From the IMG/VR virus record IMGVR_UViG_2788500615_000003, positions 1,196-65,195 of that record: a stretch of DNA of 64,000 nt; one strand, given 5' to 3'. Shown piece after piece: positions 19,566 to 29,672 of this stretch; within the stretch, counting starts at the first letter, position 1; each line of letters begins with the position of its first letter. The notes under the pieces were generated by a model. The model had not been told where the DNA came from, did no database searches, and worked only from the letters and a program-made list of their open reading frames with translations. This DNA is from a virus. Taxonomy: Duplodnaviria; Caudoviricetes. Both the position numbers and the translations under genes were made by a program.

Positions 19566-22158
19566 TGATGACTCCTACGAAATGGTGAGCGGTCTCGTGG
19601 TCAGCGAGAGAGGTGTGCCCCCAGCGCCGCCGTAGCTTGTTCTGGTCCTGTTCGTAGATGCTGGCGTAGCTGGCATCACCGATGGCGATGTGGATGGCAT
19701 CGCGGTAGAAGTAGGTGTCGTCCTCCGGCGAAAAGCCGAAGTACCAAGAATGGGGAATGTCGCGCTGCGCGATGGTGGATCCGGCCGCCTTCATGCTCAC
19801 GCTCAGGCGCCCAGAAGACTCCGCGGGGTATTCCTTGAGGCTCGAAAAGGGCTCGAAACCCGGCGCCTCGCCACCGATGACGACACCCCCGGCATGCTGC
19901 GTGCCCGACGAGCGCGAGGTGTACGGGCCGCAGATGGCGGTCACATCAAGGAAGCCACCCGGCGGCAGGTTGTACCAATTGCCGCTGTCGGCATAGTCGC
20001 TCAACTCCGTCGGCGAATACACCAGCGTGTCGATGTAGACGGGCACACCGTCCTTCGATGGCGGAAACCCCTTGTTGTGGTTGTCCGTCTGGCCCATCCA
20101 GTGGAACAGGTTGTCGTAGCACCACAGCTGGTACGAGGTCGGGTCCGCCATCGCGAACTGCTCAGTCTTCTCGGACTCGGACCGGCCCGAAGTGCTGTCC
20201 GTGTAGGGATAGAGGATGCAGTCACGCTCGAACACCGGCACGCAAGCAGCCACATCGATGCCGAAGCCCGACGTGCTCTTCACCTTGGTGCGGTGCATGT
20301 AGTAGCGAGCGCGGGAGAGCGAGCCAACGCAGTACAAGATCGGGGGCGTGGCAAATGCCGGCTGCCCGTAGCCCATGTCGGTCCCCGTGACGTTCGTGGT
20401 GGTGGTGACGGGTGGCGCCTCCTGCCGGTCATCGAACGCCGAGGTGTAGAAGTAGCCCATCAAGCCGGAGAGCCCGGTGGTTACAGTCTTCTCCCACTGC
20501 CCGACGATCATGTACTTCTCGAAGGTGGTCTGCTCCTTTTCCTGGAACTTGCGCTCGTCATAGAAATACTTCACAACCTGCAGTTCGTCATCGACATAGC
20601 AGCCGAACACGATGGTGTCGCACTTCACGGCCGGTCCCGCATAGTCCTCGGAGATCATCACAAACGATTCGCACCCCTTTCCGCTTTGCTCAGGAAATTT
20701 GAGGCGCCCCATGGACTTTGGGTTCTTGCCCGGCCAGTAGAGAGGCCCGCTGCCCACGCGCGCGACATTGCCGCCGTGCGAGGCAATCGGTGGCATTTCG
20801 AGCCTGTCCCAATACTCCAGATCGGAACCGGTCGCAGCGGCGGCGCGCGCGAGAACGGCCGCCGCGGATGCGCGGCGCACCTTGTACTTGATCGCCAACG
20901 ACCGCGCCGAGCTTCCGGTCAACGCGTTGAAGACGCCTGTCAGGTAGGCATTGACTCGATCCGCAGATTCTTGGTCTTGGAACTCCCAACTGTTCTTGAG
21001 CATCCCTCGGTTCGTGGCAGCATCCAGGCGCAGCTTCATCTTGTAAGCGTGCCCCTGCAGGAGGCCCGCGGCATTCCGGCTCCAGCACGTATTGAAGCCC
21101 TCGCTTCCTCGGCTGTTCAGCGACCATCCGCTGGCCGAGTAGAAGGCGCTGTGGGCGTAAAAGTCTGCGCAGTCGCACACCTTCACGATCACGCCAGCGC
21201 GGCGCCATGCCTCGAAGTCCTCCATCACTTCGGGAAACGCCTCTCCTGTCGGCATGCCGCCGAATCGGTCCAACAATTTCAGGATCTCCCCATCCCCTTT
21301 CTGTTCGACGTACTTGCGAAATGCCGCCGTCGTCGTCGCGGGGACCACGGGCAGCGGCATGGCGAAGACGCCACGCGCACCGATCTGCAGCAGCCACGGA
21401 GCGCCGTCGGTATCGAACGCCACGGCATTGCACTTCGAGGCCTTGTAGTCGCAGAGGAACTGTCCCTTCTTGTCGGGAAAGCCCGTGTAGCCTGGAAGAC
21501 GGACGTTGCCAAGCTGTGAGCGAACGTCACGCATGAAGCGCTCAGGAACCAGCATGCGTGCCCGCTCGATGGGGTCATCCGGCAGGTCGGCGAGCACCTG
21601 CCGGCCATACCCGCCGACCACCTGCATCACCTCGGACATAGCACCGCTGTACCAGGTCGGCCGGTGCTTCACGAACTGCGTGAAGGTGTAGATGCCGGTG
21701 TTCTCCGGCTTGAAATACTCGAACGCCGGGGCGTACTCGATCCGAAAGCGCTGCAGCGCCACATCTTTCGGAGGCAGCGCGTCAGCGTCCTCCGAATAGG
21801 CCGCCAAGCGCCGGCGCGCCTGCTCCGTCAGCTTGATGCCCACGCCCTCCCCTTCAAGCACCTGGGCCTTCGTGACCACGCCCGAAAACAGCATTGGAAT
21901 GTTCGTCTCGGCCAAGCCGTTGAGCTGGTGTTCGGGGTTCTCGTACCGTTCCAGGACCAGGATGCGGAACACGCCGCCCATGTCGATGGCCACCGCCTGG
22001 CGGCCGCTGGGCAGGTCCATGACGCGCTTCATGCTGTCGAGGTTCGACAGCTGTTTGAAGTTGGTCACGGTCCGGGCCAGCCGCTCTACGGCGGCGGCAT
22101 CATCGTGGGACAGCTCGGCCTGTTCGGCGAAGCGCCCGTATGGGCGCGGCGACAGCAT
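19558..22158 (-). CDS. Virion structural/tail protein (~866 aa)
   Basis: Likely start MLSPRPYGRF at 22158, right after the upstream stop codon. Confidence 0.75.
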   Translation of the reverse strand: MLSPRPYGRFAEQAELSHDDAAAVERLARTVTNFKQLSNLDSMKRVMDLPSGRQAVAIDMGGVFRILVLERYENPEHQLNGLAETNIPMLFSGVVTKAQVLEGEGVGIKLTEQARRRLAAYSEDADALPPKDVALQRFRIEYAPAFEYFKPENTGIYTFTQFVKHRPTWYSGAMSEVMQVVGGYGRQVLADLPDDPIERARMLVPERFMRDVRSQLGNVRLPGYTGFPDKKGQFLCDYKASKCNAVAFDTDGAPWLLQIGARGVFAMPLPVVPATTTAAFRKYVEQKGDGEILKLLDRFGGMPTGEAFPEVMEDFEAWRRAGVIVKVCDCADFYAHSAFYSASGWSLNSRGSEGFNTCWSRNAAGLLQGHAYKMKLRLDAATNRGMLKNSWEFQDQESADRVNAYLTGVFNALTGSSARSLAIKYKVRRASAAAVLARAAAATGSDLEYWDRLEMPPIASHGGNVARVGSGPLYWPGKNPKSMGRLKFPEQSGKGCESFVMISEDYAGPAVKCDTIVFGCYVDDELQVVKYFYDERKFQEKEQTTFEKYMIVGQWEKTVTTGLSGLMGYFYTSAFDDRQEAPPVTTTTNVTGTDMGYGQPAFATPPILYCVGSLSRARYYMHRTKVKSTSGFGIDVAACVPVFERDCILYPYTDSTSGRSESEKTEQFAMADPTSYQLWCYDNLFHWMGQTDNHNKGFPPSKDGVPVYIDTLVYSPTELSDYADSGNWYNLPPGGFLDVTAICGPYTSRSSGTQHAGGVVIGGEAPGFEPFSSLKEYPAESSGRLSVSMKAAGSTIAQRDIPHSWYFGFSPEDDTYFYRDAIHIAIGDASYASIYEQDQNKLRRRWGHTSLADHETAHHFVGVINE

Positions 22159-22160
22159 GC

Positions 22161-22736
22161 TTAGACGGTCAGGCTCAGGCGGTAGCCAATGTCGTACACG
22201 TCGGCGTTCTGGAAAACGCGCGCGGCAGCGTACTTCGTCGCCGACACCAGCGCGCCGGTGGTGCCGCCCTTGGCGTTGTTCGTCAGGATCGCGGCGCCGG
22301 TAACGTTGAGCTGCGCTGCGGTAGCGATGGTCACGCTCGCCACGGCCGCCATGTTGTCGATGGACCCGGTGTTGGTGTTGGCAGAGGTCCAGGCCGGCCG
22401 GGTCGGGCTCGTGTAGCCCTCGGTCAGGCTGACGATCTCCGACGCGACAGCTGCGAAGTTCGCCGCGGTCCAGTTCGCGACCGGCGCGGCCGCGCCGCTG
22501 AACAGCGCCAGGAAGTAGCCCGCGGGCTTTGGCGTACTGCCCAGCGCGACGTTCAAGATATGCGCCAGGCCTTCGGTGACGATCAGGTTCGGCGTGCGCG
22601 ACCACGCGCCGCCGTTCACGCGGTCGAAGTATTCGCCGCGGGCCAGCACGCCCTGGCGCGGAAAGTAGATGCCGCCTTCGCTGACATCGAATTGTTCTTT
22701 GTGAATGGCCGCGGCCAGCTCGTTGCGCAGAGTCAT
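22161..22736 (-). CDS. Virion structural protein (tail-associated)
   Basis: NLIVTEG..FLALF..EGYT motif typical of small phage tail proteins. AGGAG Shine-Dalgarno. Confidence 0.75.
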   Translation of the reverse strand: MTLRNELAAAIHKEQFDVSEGGIYFPRQGVLARGEYFDRVNGGAWSRTPNLIVTEGLAHILNVALGSTPKPAGYFLALFSGAAAPVANWTAANFAAVASEIVSLTEGYTSPTRPAWTSANTNTGSIDNMAAVASVTIATAAQLNVTGAAILTNNAKGGTTGALVSATKYAAARVFQNADVYDIGYRLSLTV

Positions 22737-22761
22737 AGGAAGCTCCTGTGGAAGTCCTATG

Positions 22762-22775
22762 GCGCACTCCTGCGC
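22762..22775 (-). promoter_or_regulatory. GGA-loop RNA hairpin GCGCA-GGAG-TGCGC (site A)
   Basis: One of three identical 12-nt cores. Lies in the 5' leader of the gene starting at 22736. Confidence 0.6.
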
Positions 22776-22808
22776 ACCGGTTGGAAAGCCCGCAGATGCG
22801 GGAAAGTC

Positions 22809-23999
22809 TCAGACTACAGCGGTCAGCAGCCGCCGATCAAACACTACAGAGGTGCCGCCGCGCGCGGCGATGCCGCTCATCACGCCGGCCTGCACCTCAA
22901 CCACCTGCCCTGAATGCGTGCCGGCCACATAGCCGTTCTCCGCCAGCCAGATCGCAGTGCCGCCGCCACCTTGCGACAGGTCGCTTCCCACCGTGTCCGA
23001 ATCGACCAGGATGGCGCTCCCCGGCACCGGCGCCCGGGCGGTCTTGCGCACCATGTTCAGGGCCTCGGGCGCCGCGCCCTCCAAGAAGGCAACATGATCG
23101 ACTTGGCCGACCCAGATGCCGCCGTCCACCGGCTGCACGAAGGTGATGCGCTGCGGCATCTGGACGAAGCCATGGCGCTCGTTGTGCAGGTGGTAGGCAA
23201 GCGCCTCGGAGAAGCGCAGAACGTTGGCTCTGGCCGTCAGCAGGCGGCCGCGCCAGTATTTGAGGTACTTGCCCGTCGGCATGGGAGAGAGGTTGAGGAA
23301 CTGCGGCGGCCGGCCCAGCTCCGGAAGCCGGGGCACCGACATGGTGGCGCCGCTCACTGCGTGGTCTCCGGCGCGCGCCAACTCGCCCCCGTTGGGCCGC
23401 GTCAGGTACAGCCGCATGCCCGTCACGCTCGGATCCAAGCAGAGCGGCGGCGTGATCTCCAACGCACCGCCCTCGCCAAGTTCGGTGAAGCTGATGGCCG
23501 ACGGCGCCGACTCCAACGCGCCGCGCAGCCACGCCACGGCAGCACCATAGGTGCCCGCGCTCATCGAACCGGCACCGGCCACCACCAGCGGCGCGGCCGG
23601 CGTGTCCAGCGTCAAGCGCGCCGCGCGCGCACCGTCGAACGTGAAGATGCCCGCCGGCGCCGCGACGCACACCAGGGTGTTCAGCACCGCGTGCGACACG
23701 TCGCCATCGCCGACCGCCAGGAGCGCTTCGCTGATCCAGGTCATCGGATCGATCTTCACCCACTGGCCGGCGAGCGTGCCGAAGGTGTCACGGTGCAGCG
23801 GGCTCTGCCACAGATCGCGGTAGCGGATGGCGGTCACGCGCCGCGTGCCCGCTCGCAGCGAGGGCTGGCCGGCAGGTGAAACGTTTACGTTCACCGCATC
23901 GCGCACGAACAGCCGCGGGCTGTCTCCGCCGCGCTGCAGGGCCGCGTCCTCCGCCACCACGTTCATGCCGGCCAGCGGCATCAGGGCAATGTCTGCCAT
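22809..23999 (-). CDS. Virion structural protein (tail tube/nozzle-like)
   Basis: Start MADIALMP overlaps the upstream TGA. Beta-rich sequence. Confidence 0.7.
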   Translation of the reverse strand: MADIALMPLAGMNVVAEDAALQRGGDSPRLFVRDAVNVNVSPAGQPSLRAGTRRVTAIRYRDLWQSPLHRDTFGTLAGQWVKIDPMTWISEALLAVGDGDVSHAVLNTLVCVAAPAGIFTFDGARAARLTLDTPAAPLVVAGAGSMSAGTYGAAVAWLRGALESAPSAISFTELGEGGALEITPPLCLDPSVTGMRLYLTRPNGGELARAGDHAVSGATMSVPRLPELGRPPQFLNLSPMPTGKYLKYWRGRLLTARANVLRFSEALAYHLHNERHGFVQMPQRITFVQPVDGGIWVGQVDHVAFLEGAAPEALNMVRKTARAPVPGSAILVDSDTVGSDLSQGGGGTAIWLAENGYVAGTHSGQVVEVQAGVMSGIAARGGTSVVFDRRLLTAVV

Positions 24000-26908
24000 C
24001 AGAAGGCTCCTTTTCGGTACTGGTCCGCGTTGCCATCCGGGCGGATGTAGTGCACTGCGGGCTTGGCATTGGGCACGCCCATGTCCGGCAGGTCCACACC
24101 TACAGGCGCCAGTGTGCGCGGCGCCGGGCCAGGCGGGACATAGGCATTGCGGACACGCATGCGCTCGGCGAAGTGCTCTGGGTCGTACTCGCTCAACATG
24201 CTGTCGAAGCCGCCTGGCTCCAGCCCACGAATGCGCAGCGAGATCCACGTCACGCCGAAGCGCTGAGCGTCGAAGCCGCCGGGGATGGTGGGCATAGGCG
24301 GTCCGACGTGCAGCGACTGCCACTGGTACGGCGGTTCGCCGCGCGAAGAGCCCATACCCAGGGCGTTGAACCCCACAAGGTGGAAGCTCCTGTGCAGCAG
24401 TGAGATCCACGTCACGCCGAAGTCCGGCGGCGCCAAGCCCACCGGCTTCACGGTCTCGGGGCCGAGATATGGCCCGCGGGCAACGCTTGGCTGCCCGAGC
24501 ACCTGCATGTCGGCCGCCCCGTACTGCTTCACGAACTGCGTGCCGTCTCCCAAAATGACCCAGCCCATGCGATAGGCCTGAATGCCAGCCGGCTCCAGGT
24601 AGCGGCGGTGCAGTTGCACGGACGCGGAGCCGACCTGCGCGGTGTTGCCCAACGAGTAAGGTTCCAGGACTCCACGGTAGGTACGAACGGAATGCCGCCC
24701 GAAGCGCGCGCCCGGCCCGTACTCCACCGTCTGGCCGACGTAGTGCAGGTTGGTTGCGCCGTGGTTGCGGATGGCTTGAGCCGGCGCCTCCACCACGGCC
24801 CAGATCGTGTGCGGCGTGACGCGCGCAGGGGAAGGTTCGAACACCTCGGCGCCCGGCCACTCCTGAACCGTGAGCACCCGCCTCTTCAGGCCGACGGTCG
24901 GCACGCCGTAGCCGTCCACCTTGATGCCGGCATCGACCATGATTCCGTTGCTGCGAACCGTGGCGTCGCCGACCTTCAGCGCGTCAATGCCGAGGGGGTA
25001 CAGGACGTACTGATTGAGCCCCGGCTTGCCGAATGCGCTCAACGAGTCCACCGGTTCGCCATCCTGAATAATCCACTGCGGCGAGTACGGCGGCGCGCCG
25101 GTCCGGGTCACCACCAGCTTGTCGCCGATGCGCATGAAATTGTTACCCGGCACCGCGATGCTCTGCTTCCGGTCCGCGATCTTGGCCTGGCCGAACAGCT
25201 GCATGCTGTTGCCATCAGGCCCCACCGGCCGAAACTGCAGGCGAACGAAGGCGTCCCCGAACTCCTCTGCGTTCCATCCGTAGCCGCGCATCTCCGGTGT
25301 CACGTTGTGCACGCGCGGCTCGCCGAAGATGTCCTGGTGCGCCCACTTCGGCGCCACGATGTTGAAGTGGATGGACAGCGCGGCCAGGCCAAGGCGCACC
25401 ATGTCATCGCCCTTCGGATCGACGTAGCGTGTGTACAGCTTGACCTCTGGCAGCGGGACGTCGGGCGGCTGGATGGCATACCGCGGCTCTAGTGCCACCG
25501 TCCGAATGGCGAAGTCGATGAAGGCGACGCCGAACGCCGCGGAGTCGATGCCACCGATGCGCTGGTAGTAGCGCCGCGTGTTCTCCAGCGCGGCCGTGCC
25601 GAACAACTGCGCACCAGCACCAGCGGGCGCGAGCACCCGCGCGGCGTTGTAGACCGCGGTCCAGCTGAGCACCGGCGGCGGCTCGATGCCGTCCATCGGG
25701 AAGCGCCGCACGCCGTAGGCCACCAGGCCGGCGGGCGTGGTGCCCGGGAAACCAGGTGGGGTCATGCCCGCCGGCGCGATCACCCGCGCGTTGTTGTAGA
25801 TCAGCGGCTCGCCCGGCCGCGGCGGCGCCGTGCTGAAGGTCGCGACCGTCTTGTTCCTGTTCTCGATGGCGGTCCACTGCGACCACGCGGGCGGGTTCAG
25901 CCCGTCGTTCGGGTCGTAGGCCTGCAGCACGAACTGGCGCAGGTTGTAGGCCTGGGCGCGCCCCCAGCGGTACTGCTCCTGCACGTTCGTCTCGAAGCCA
26001 GGCGGCTGCACGAAGGTCAGGTAGTTCTTGATCGTCGTCGCGCCCCACACTTCGCGGAAGCCCTGCGGCGCCACCGTCTGCGAGACGGGGACGATGCGCG
26101 TGCCGAAGGCCAACGAGTCCCACCCCAGCGGCGAGAGGAACCGCGTGCCACCCACGTTCGGCCGGGCCACGGCATCGAGGAAAGCGCCCGCCGGCGCCAG
26201 CACGCGCGTGCCCTGGCTGATCCAGGCTGTGCCGAAGCCCGGTGTTGGAATGCCTGCGGCGAGTTGCACGTACTGCCGGTCGTGACTGACGCGGTTCGTG
26301 CTGGAAATGCTGGTGGCCACCAGCCCGGTCGGCAGCAGGTAGCGCGTGTAGAGCCAGACTGTCGAGTTCGTGCCCAATCCTGGCGGCACGATGTTCCCAG
26401 CCGCGATGTAGCGGTTGCGGTTGATGATGGTCGGGTTGCCGCCGGCCATCGCGTCGAAGCCGACCGGCACCACCGGACGGTGCTTCAGCTGCGCGTTGGT
26501 CGCGCCGAATGCCGAAGCGTTGAACCCAGCCACTGCAACGTAGGTGTGATACCTCCATGCAGTGGCAACACCGAACGCCTGGAACGCAGAGCCCGTCGGC
26601 CGAACGAACTCACGTCCGTTGCGCACGGCAGGCACACCAGCCGGCGCCTCGGCGATGGTCGCGGGAAACAGGTACTGGGTATCTCCGCCTGGGCCTTCGT
26701 CCTGAACGAACTCAAGGCCGACAACTCTGCCCGCGGGCGGAACGTAGCCCGACGGCCCGAAATCGAGTGCTACGTTCTTGCCCAGCGGAGGCTGATACGG
26801 GGGACGGTCGACAAAGTTGAACGCGGCCGCCGCACCATCCGGCGCGACATACCCCGGCCCCACAAAATTGAACGTGAGTGCGTCCGACGCTGGCGGGGTA
26901 TAGGGCAT
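23999..26908 (-). CDS. Repetitive tail/fibre-like virion protein
   Basis: 969 aa with recurring PxGFDxxxFG units. A 21-bp exact repeat occurs at 24240 and 24402. Confidence 0.7.
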   Translation of the reverse strand: MPYTPPASDALTFNFVGPGYVAPDGAAAAFNFVDRPPYQPPLGKNVALDFGPSGYVPPAGRVVGLEFVQDEGPGGDTQYLFPATIAEAPAGVPAVRNGREFVRPTGSAFQAFGVATAWRYHTYVAVAGFNASAFGATNAQLKHRPVVPVGFDAMAGGNPTIINRNRYIAAGNIVPPGLGTNSTVWLYTRYLLPTGLVATSISSTNRVSHDRQYVQLAAGIPTPGFGTAWISQGTRVLAPAGAFLDAVARPNVGGTRFLSPLGWDSLAFGTRIVPVSQTVAPQGFREVWGATTIKNYLTFVQPPGFETNVQEQYRWGRAQAYNLRQFVLQAYDPNDGLNPPAWSQWTAIENRNKTVATFSTAPPRPGEPLIYNNARVIAPAGMTPPGFPGTTPAGLVAYGVRRFPMDGIEPPPVLSWTAVYNAARVLAPAGAGAQLFGTAALENTRRYYQRIGGIDSAAFGVAFIDFAIRTVALEPRYAIQPPDVPLPEVKLYTRYVDPKGDDMVRLGLAALSIHFNIVAPKWAHQDIFGEPRVHNVTPEMRGYGWNAEEFGDAFVRLQFRPVGPDGNSMQLFGQAKIADRKQSIAVPGNNFMRIGDKLVVTRTGAPPYSPQWIIQDGEPVDSLSAFGKPGLNQYVLYPLGIDALKVGDATVRSNGIMVDAGIKVDGYGVPTVGLKRRVLTVQEWPGAEVFEPSPARVTPHTIWAVVEAPAQAIRNHGATNLHYVGQTVEYGPGARFGRHSVRTYRGVLEPYSLGNTAQVGSASVQLHRRYLEPAGIQAYRMGWVILGDGTQFVKQYGAADMQVLGQPSVARGPYLGPETVKPVGLAPPDFGVTWISLLHRSFHLVGFNALGMGSSRGEPPYQWQSLHVGPPMPTIPGGFDAQRFGVTWISLRIRGLEPGGFDSMLSEYDPEHFAERMRVRNAYVPPGPAPRTLAPVGVDLPDMGVPNAKPAVHYIRPDGNADQYRKGAF

Positions 26909-26919
26909 GCGCTACCCGC

Positions 26920-27297
26920 TCACATAGCCTTTGGCGAGACGTTGGCCAAGATCATGTCGTTGTAGCCGTCATGCCGGCACACCACGTCGAATCGCAAGGC
27001 CGTGCTCAGTCCGTCGATGCGCCAAGTGCCATCAACGCCGGACATCACCGACGCAACCAACATCCCATCGCCCATCGCGCCCGTGACCGTCCGAAGCAGC
27101 ACACGGATCTCCGCCGAGCCGGGCACGCCCTCGATCTTCGTGATGCCAGCTGGATAGGTGCCGGCCAGATACCCGGCGCCGGCCACGTAGGCGTCGCCGC
27201 CCGGCAGGTCGGCGTTCACCAGGTTCGCCGCCGGCACCACATAACCGGCGGTGAGCAGTCGCCCGGCGCGCATGCCGGTAGGTGGTCCGTACCCCAT
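26920..27297 (-). CDS. Small tail-associated beta-sandwich protein (paralog of 27970-28308)
   Basis: Shared GAGYLAG...GDG..VA.V.S..DGTWR.DGL...FDVV...ND.I.ANVSP pattern. Confidence 0.75.
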   Translation of the reverse strand: MGYGPPTGMRAGRLLTAGYVVPAANLVNADLPGGDAYVAGAGYLAGTYPAGITKIEGVPGSAEIRVLLRTVTGAMGDGMLVASVMSGVDGTWRIDGLSTALRFDVVCRHDGYNDMILANVSPKAM

Positions 27298-27300
27298 GGA

Positions 27301-27960
27301 TCAGACCTCCACAGGGGTGATCGGGCCGTCAGCGATTGGGCGATACCCGGAGGGCCCCAGATGCGTGACCAGCACCTGATCAACGCTCGGCGCCGGCCAC
27401 GACCAGGTGCCATTGGTCGCCGGAGTCAGCGAAGCCAAAAGAGCACCGGTGGCCCAGTTCTGAATCAGCACGCGGGTTGCGGCCACGCCGCCTTCCAGAC
27501 GCGACGTGCCACGCACTTGCGTCCAGATCGTGCTCATCTTCGTGGTCGGGCCGCCTGTGACCATGAAGTCCACGAACGAGACTATGGTTGTCCACGCACT
27601 CCCGTCGTTCGAGCCTTGCAACTCGAAGTCGCGCGGATATTCCAACGGCTGCGCGGTCGAAACGAGACGCAGGGACCGCACGACCACGGGAGCAGGCAGC
27701 TCCACGGTCAGCAGCGACGGAGTGCCCGCCACCACGCGGTTGTCCGATTCCCAATAGGTGGCCGCATTGCCGTCATTGGCGTTGGCCGGCACGAAGGACT
27801 GGTAGATCCCGTTCGAGGACATGGTGCCGCTGCGCATCACGTCCAGTCCGGTTGCGTCAGCTGCCTCGAACATCGACCAATCCGCCACGCAGTAGTAGCG
27901 CAGATCGGCGCTTGAGTTCTTCGTGAACTTCAGCCTGTAGAACTTGAAAGCTGTCGCCAT
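27301..27960 (-). CDS. Discoidin/F5-8 type C carbohydrate-binding domain protein (putative receptor binding)
   Basis: ANANDGNAATYWES and PRDFELQGSNDGSAWT motifs. Confidence 0.8.
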   Translation of the reverse strand: MATAFKFYRLKFTKNSSADLRYYCVADWSMFEAADATGLDVMRSGTMSSNGIYQSFVPANANDGNAATYWESDNRVVAGTPSLLTVELPAPVVVRSLRLVSTAQPLEYPRDFELQGSNDGSAWTTIVSFVDFMVTGGPTTKMSTIWTQVRGTSRLEGGVAATRVLIQNWATGALLASLTPATNGTWSWPAPSVDQVLVTHLGPSGYRPIADGPITPVEV

Positions 27961-27969
27961 GCTTGGCTC

Positions 27970-28308
27970 CTAGGTGCTCGGCGAGACATTCGCAACGATC
28001 ACGTCGTTGTGCCCGTTCTTGCGCCCAACGACATCGAATTTCAAGCCCGGATTGAGGCCATCCACGCGCCAAGTGCCATCGGCGGCAGACACAACCTCGG
28101 CAACCACTGCACCGTCGCCATCAGTCCCTGCGGCGGGCCTATACAGCACGCGAACGGTTGCACTTTTTGGCACTCCATCGACGGTCGTAGTGCCGCCCGG
28201 CGCCTCGCCCGCCAGATAGCCCGCGCCCACGCTCGGCAGCATGAAGGGCACGTATTCGCGCTTCCACCCGAAGCGGGCTTCTTCCATCGCGTCGATCACG
28301 TATGGCAT
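27970..28308 (-). CDS. Small tail-associated beta-sandwich protein
   Basis: Paralog of 26920-27297. Confidence 0.75.
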   Translation of the reverse strand: MPYVIDAMEEARFGWKREYVPFMLPSVGAGYLAGEAPGGTTTVDGVPKSATVRVLYRPAAGTDGDGAVVAEVVSAADGTWRVDGLNPGLKFDVVGRKNGHNDVIVANVSPST

Positions 28309-28311
28309 GGC

Positions 28312-29316
28312 TTAACCCCACGGCAACAGCGGCACGGAATACGAATCCGCAGGCATCCGGTAATAGCACGGGCTGCATGGACCTAAGCCGAAACAGGTTC
28401 GGAAAACCCGCTGCCCGCCGCCATCGAGATCGAACGTAATCAGCGTGTCATCCACGCCACCATTGCGCACCATGAACCCAAGATTGAAGCGGTGCCGCTT
28501 CCCATCGAGAATCTTCGAGGCTCGGACAATGCGAACGCCTTCGCTGGTGGTGCTCGCCTGAGGGTCGAAGACAAACCCCGCGCTGGTCTGCAACTGGGTT
28601 GCCCAAATACCAGCAGCGCAAGTCCAGTACCTCGTACCAATCAAGCTTGTGTCCGCCAGCGAAACCCCATAGACCGATGAACTCGCTATCGTTTCGGGGG
28701 AAGTGGCAACCAAGAACACATTGTTCGCAACATCGCTGCGAAAGATGCCAAGGGTGAACAGCGATCCGCTGTCCGGGTAGGTGGCCTGGTTTCCGGATAA
28801 AGCCGTCAGGTAGCTCTTTGAATGGTGAATCCAAAAATGGTCTGCGCCGCAGCTCGCGGAAATCGGTGTCTCGGTGATGGGAACGATGTTTGCCGACCAC
28901 TGGTAGGTTGTCTGTTGGGTAGCGCTGAGAATGCTCTCGCTCAGCTTGTTTGATGTAAGAACCCCACCCAACAGCTCCATTCCAATTCGGCAATGCCAGT
29001 ACGCATGGCGGCTTGACGTACTCACTTGGGCCTGCCGGAAGAAAACTTGAAGGTACAGTTCCAGTGACGGGTGCTTGTAGAGCTTGTAGCCATCCGCGTT
29101 GAAGCCGCTCACTGTCGCGGAGGTCACTGCAGTTTCGCCAGCAGCAGGTGCGCCAGCGACGAAGGTTCCAGCCTGCCCCGCGAAGCTCGCAGCAGGCACC
29201 TGCTGCATCCCGGAGGCGACGATGGTGTTGTGCACCGTGTTGTGCGCCAACGCAATAGAGTCCAGCGAGCCGAAGATCGCATCGCGTGCTCGCACGCTGT
29301 TTCGAGCGGTTCCCAT
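28312..29316 (-). CDS. Variable tail/receptor-binding protein
   Basis: Lower GC than its neighbours, Ser/Thr-rich and beta-rich, inside the tail operon. Confidence 0.55.
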   Translation of the reverse strand: MGTARNSVRARDAIFGSLDSIALAHNTVHNTIVASGMQQVPAASFAGQAGTFVAGAPAAGETAVTSATVSGFNADGYKLYKHPSLELYLQVFFRQAQVSTSSRHAYWHCRIGMELLGGVLTSNKLSESILSATQQTTYQWSANIVPITETPISASCGADHFWIHHSKSYLTALSGNQATYPDSGSLFTLGIFRSDVANNVFLVATSPETIASSSVYGVSLADTSLIGTRYWTCAAGIWATQLQTSAGFVFDPQASTTSEGVRIVRASKILDGKRHRFNLGFMVRNGGVDDTLITFDLDGGGQRVFRTCFGLGPCSPCYYRMPADSYSVPLLPWG

Positions 29317-29319
29317 CTT

Positions 29320-29655
29320 CTATTCCTTCAATTCGCCAAAGGGCGTTTCATTGGCCCAGTAGCCCTTCGCGGTGTGCCAGTCGGTGTACTCACGCAAAAG
29401 CGCATCGTTGCCACGCTGGCCCGCGTAGCGCAGCGCGTAGTCGATGGCCCATTGCTGGGTGTCGCGGTTTGGCGGGCAAGGTGCCAGCTCGTGCACGAAC
29501 ATCTGGAACGGCGGCAGCGCGCCGACCTTGCGCCAGTCGATAGCGACGGGCGACGCCGGCGTGAGCTCAATGGGCTTTGGGGCGATGCCCTCCACGCCGA
29601 CGCGCTGCGGCGCCGGCTTCTGCGGCTCGGCCGCGGCAAATTGCGTGTCTTGCAC
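29320..29655 (-). CDS. Phage hypothetical protein
   Basis: GTG start preceded by GGGAG. Ends in YWANETPFGE. Confidence 0.7.
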   Translation of the reverse strand: MQDTQFAAAEPQKPAPQRVGVEGIAPKPIELTPASPVAIDWRKVGALPPFQMFVHELAPCPPNRDTQQWAIDYALRYAGQRGNDALLREYTDWHTAKGYWANETPFGELKE

Positions 29656-29663
29656 TCCTGCGC
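29652..29663 (-). promoter_or_regulatory. GGA-loop motif GCGCAGGAGTGC (site B) overlapping a GTG start
   Basis: Identical 12-nt core. Confidence 0.55.
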
Positions 29664-29672
29664 TCCCGGTCT

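Noticed and set aside
5178-21519. Very long plus-strand ORFs (e.g. 5178-7220, 9390-11939, 12372-14954, 16612-18579, 19690-21519)
   Set aside because: They are antisense shadows of high-GC minus-strand genes, with no motifs or ribosome-binding sites.
19558-24860. N-terminal extensions of ORFs 19558-22767 and 22809-24860, suggesting overlapping or frameshift fusions
   Set aside because: The extensions are Arg-rich off-frame reads of upstream genes. Coupled starts exist at 22158 and 23999, and no slippery site was seen.
23999-29316. Diversity-generating retroelement or invertible tail-fibre switch
   Set aside because: No reverse transcriptase, no adenine-specific TR/VR pair, no invertase, and all genes are co-oriented.
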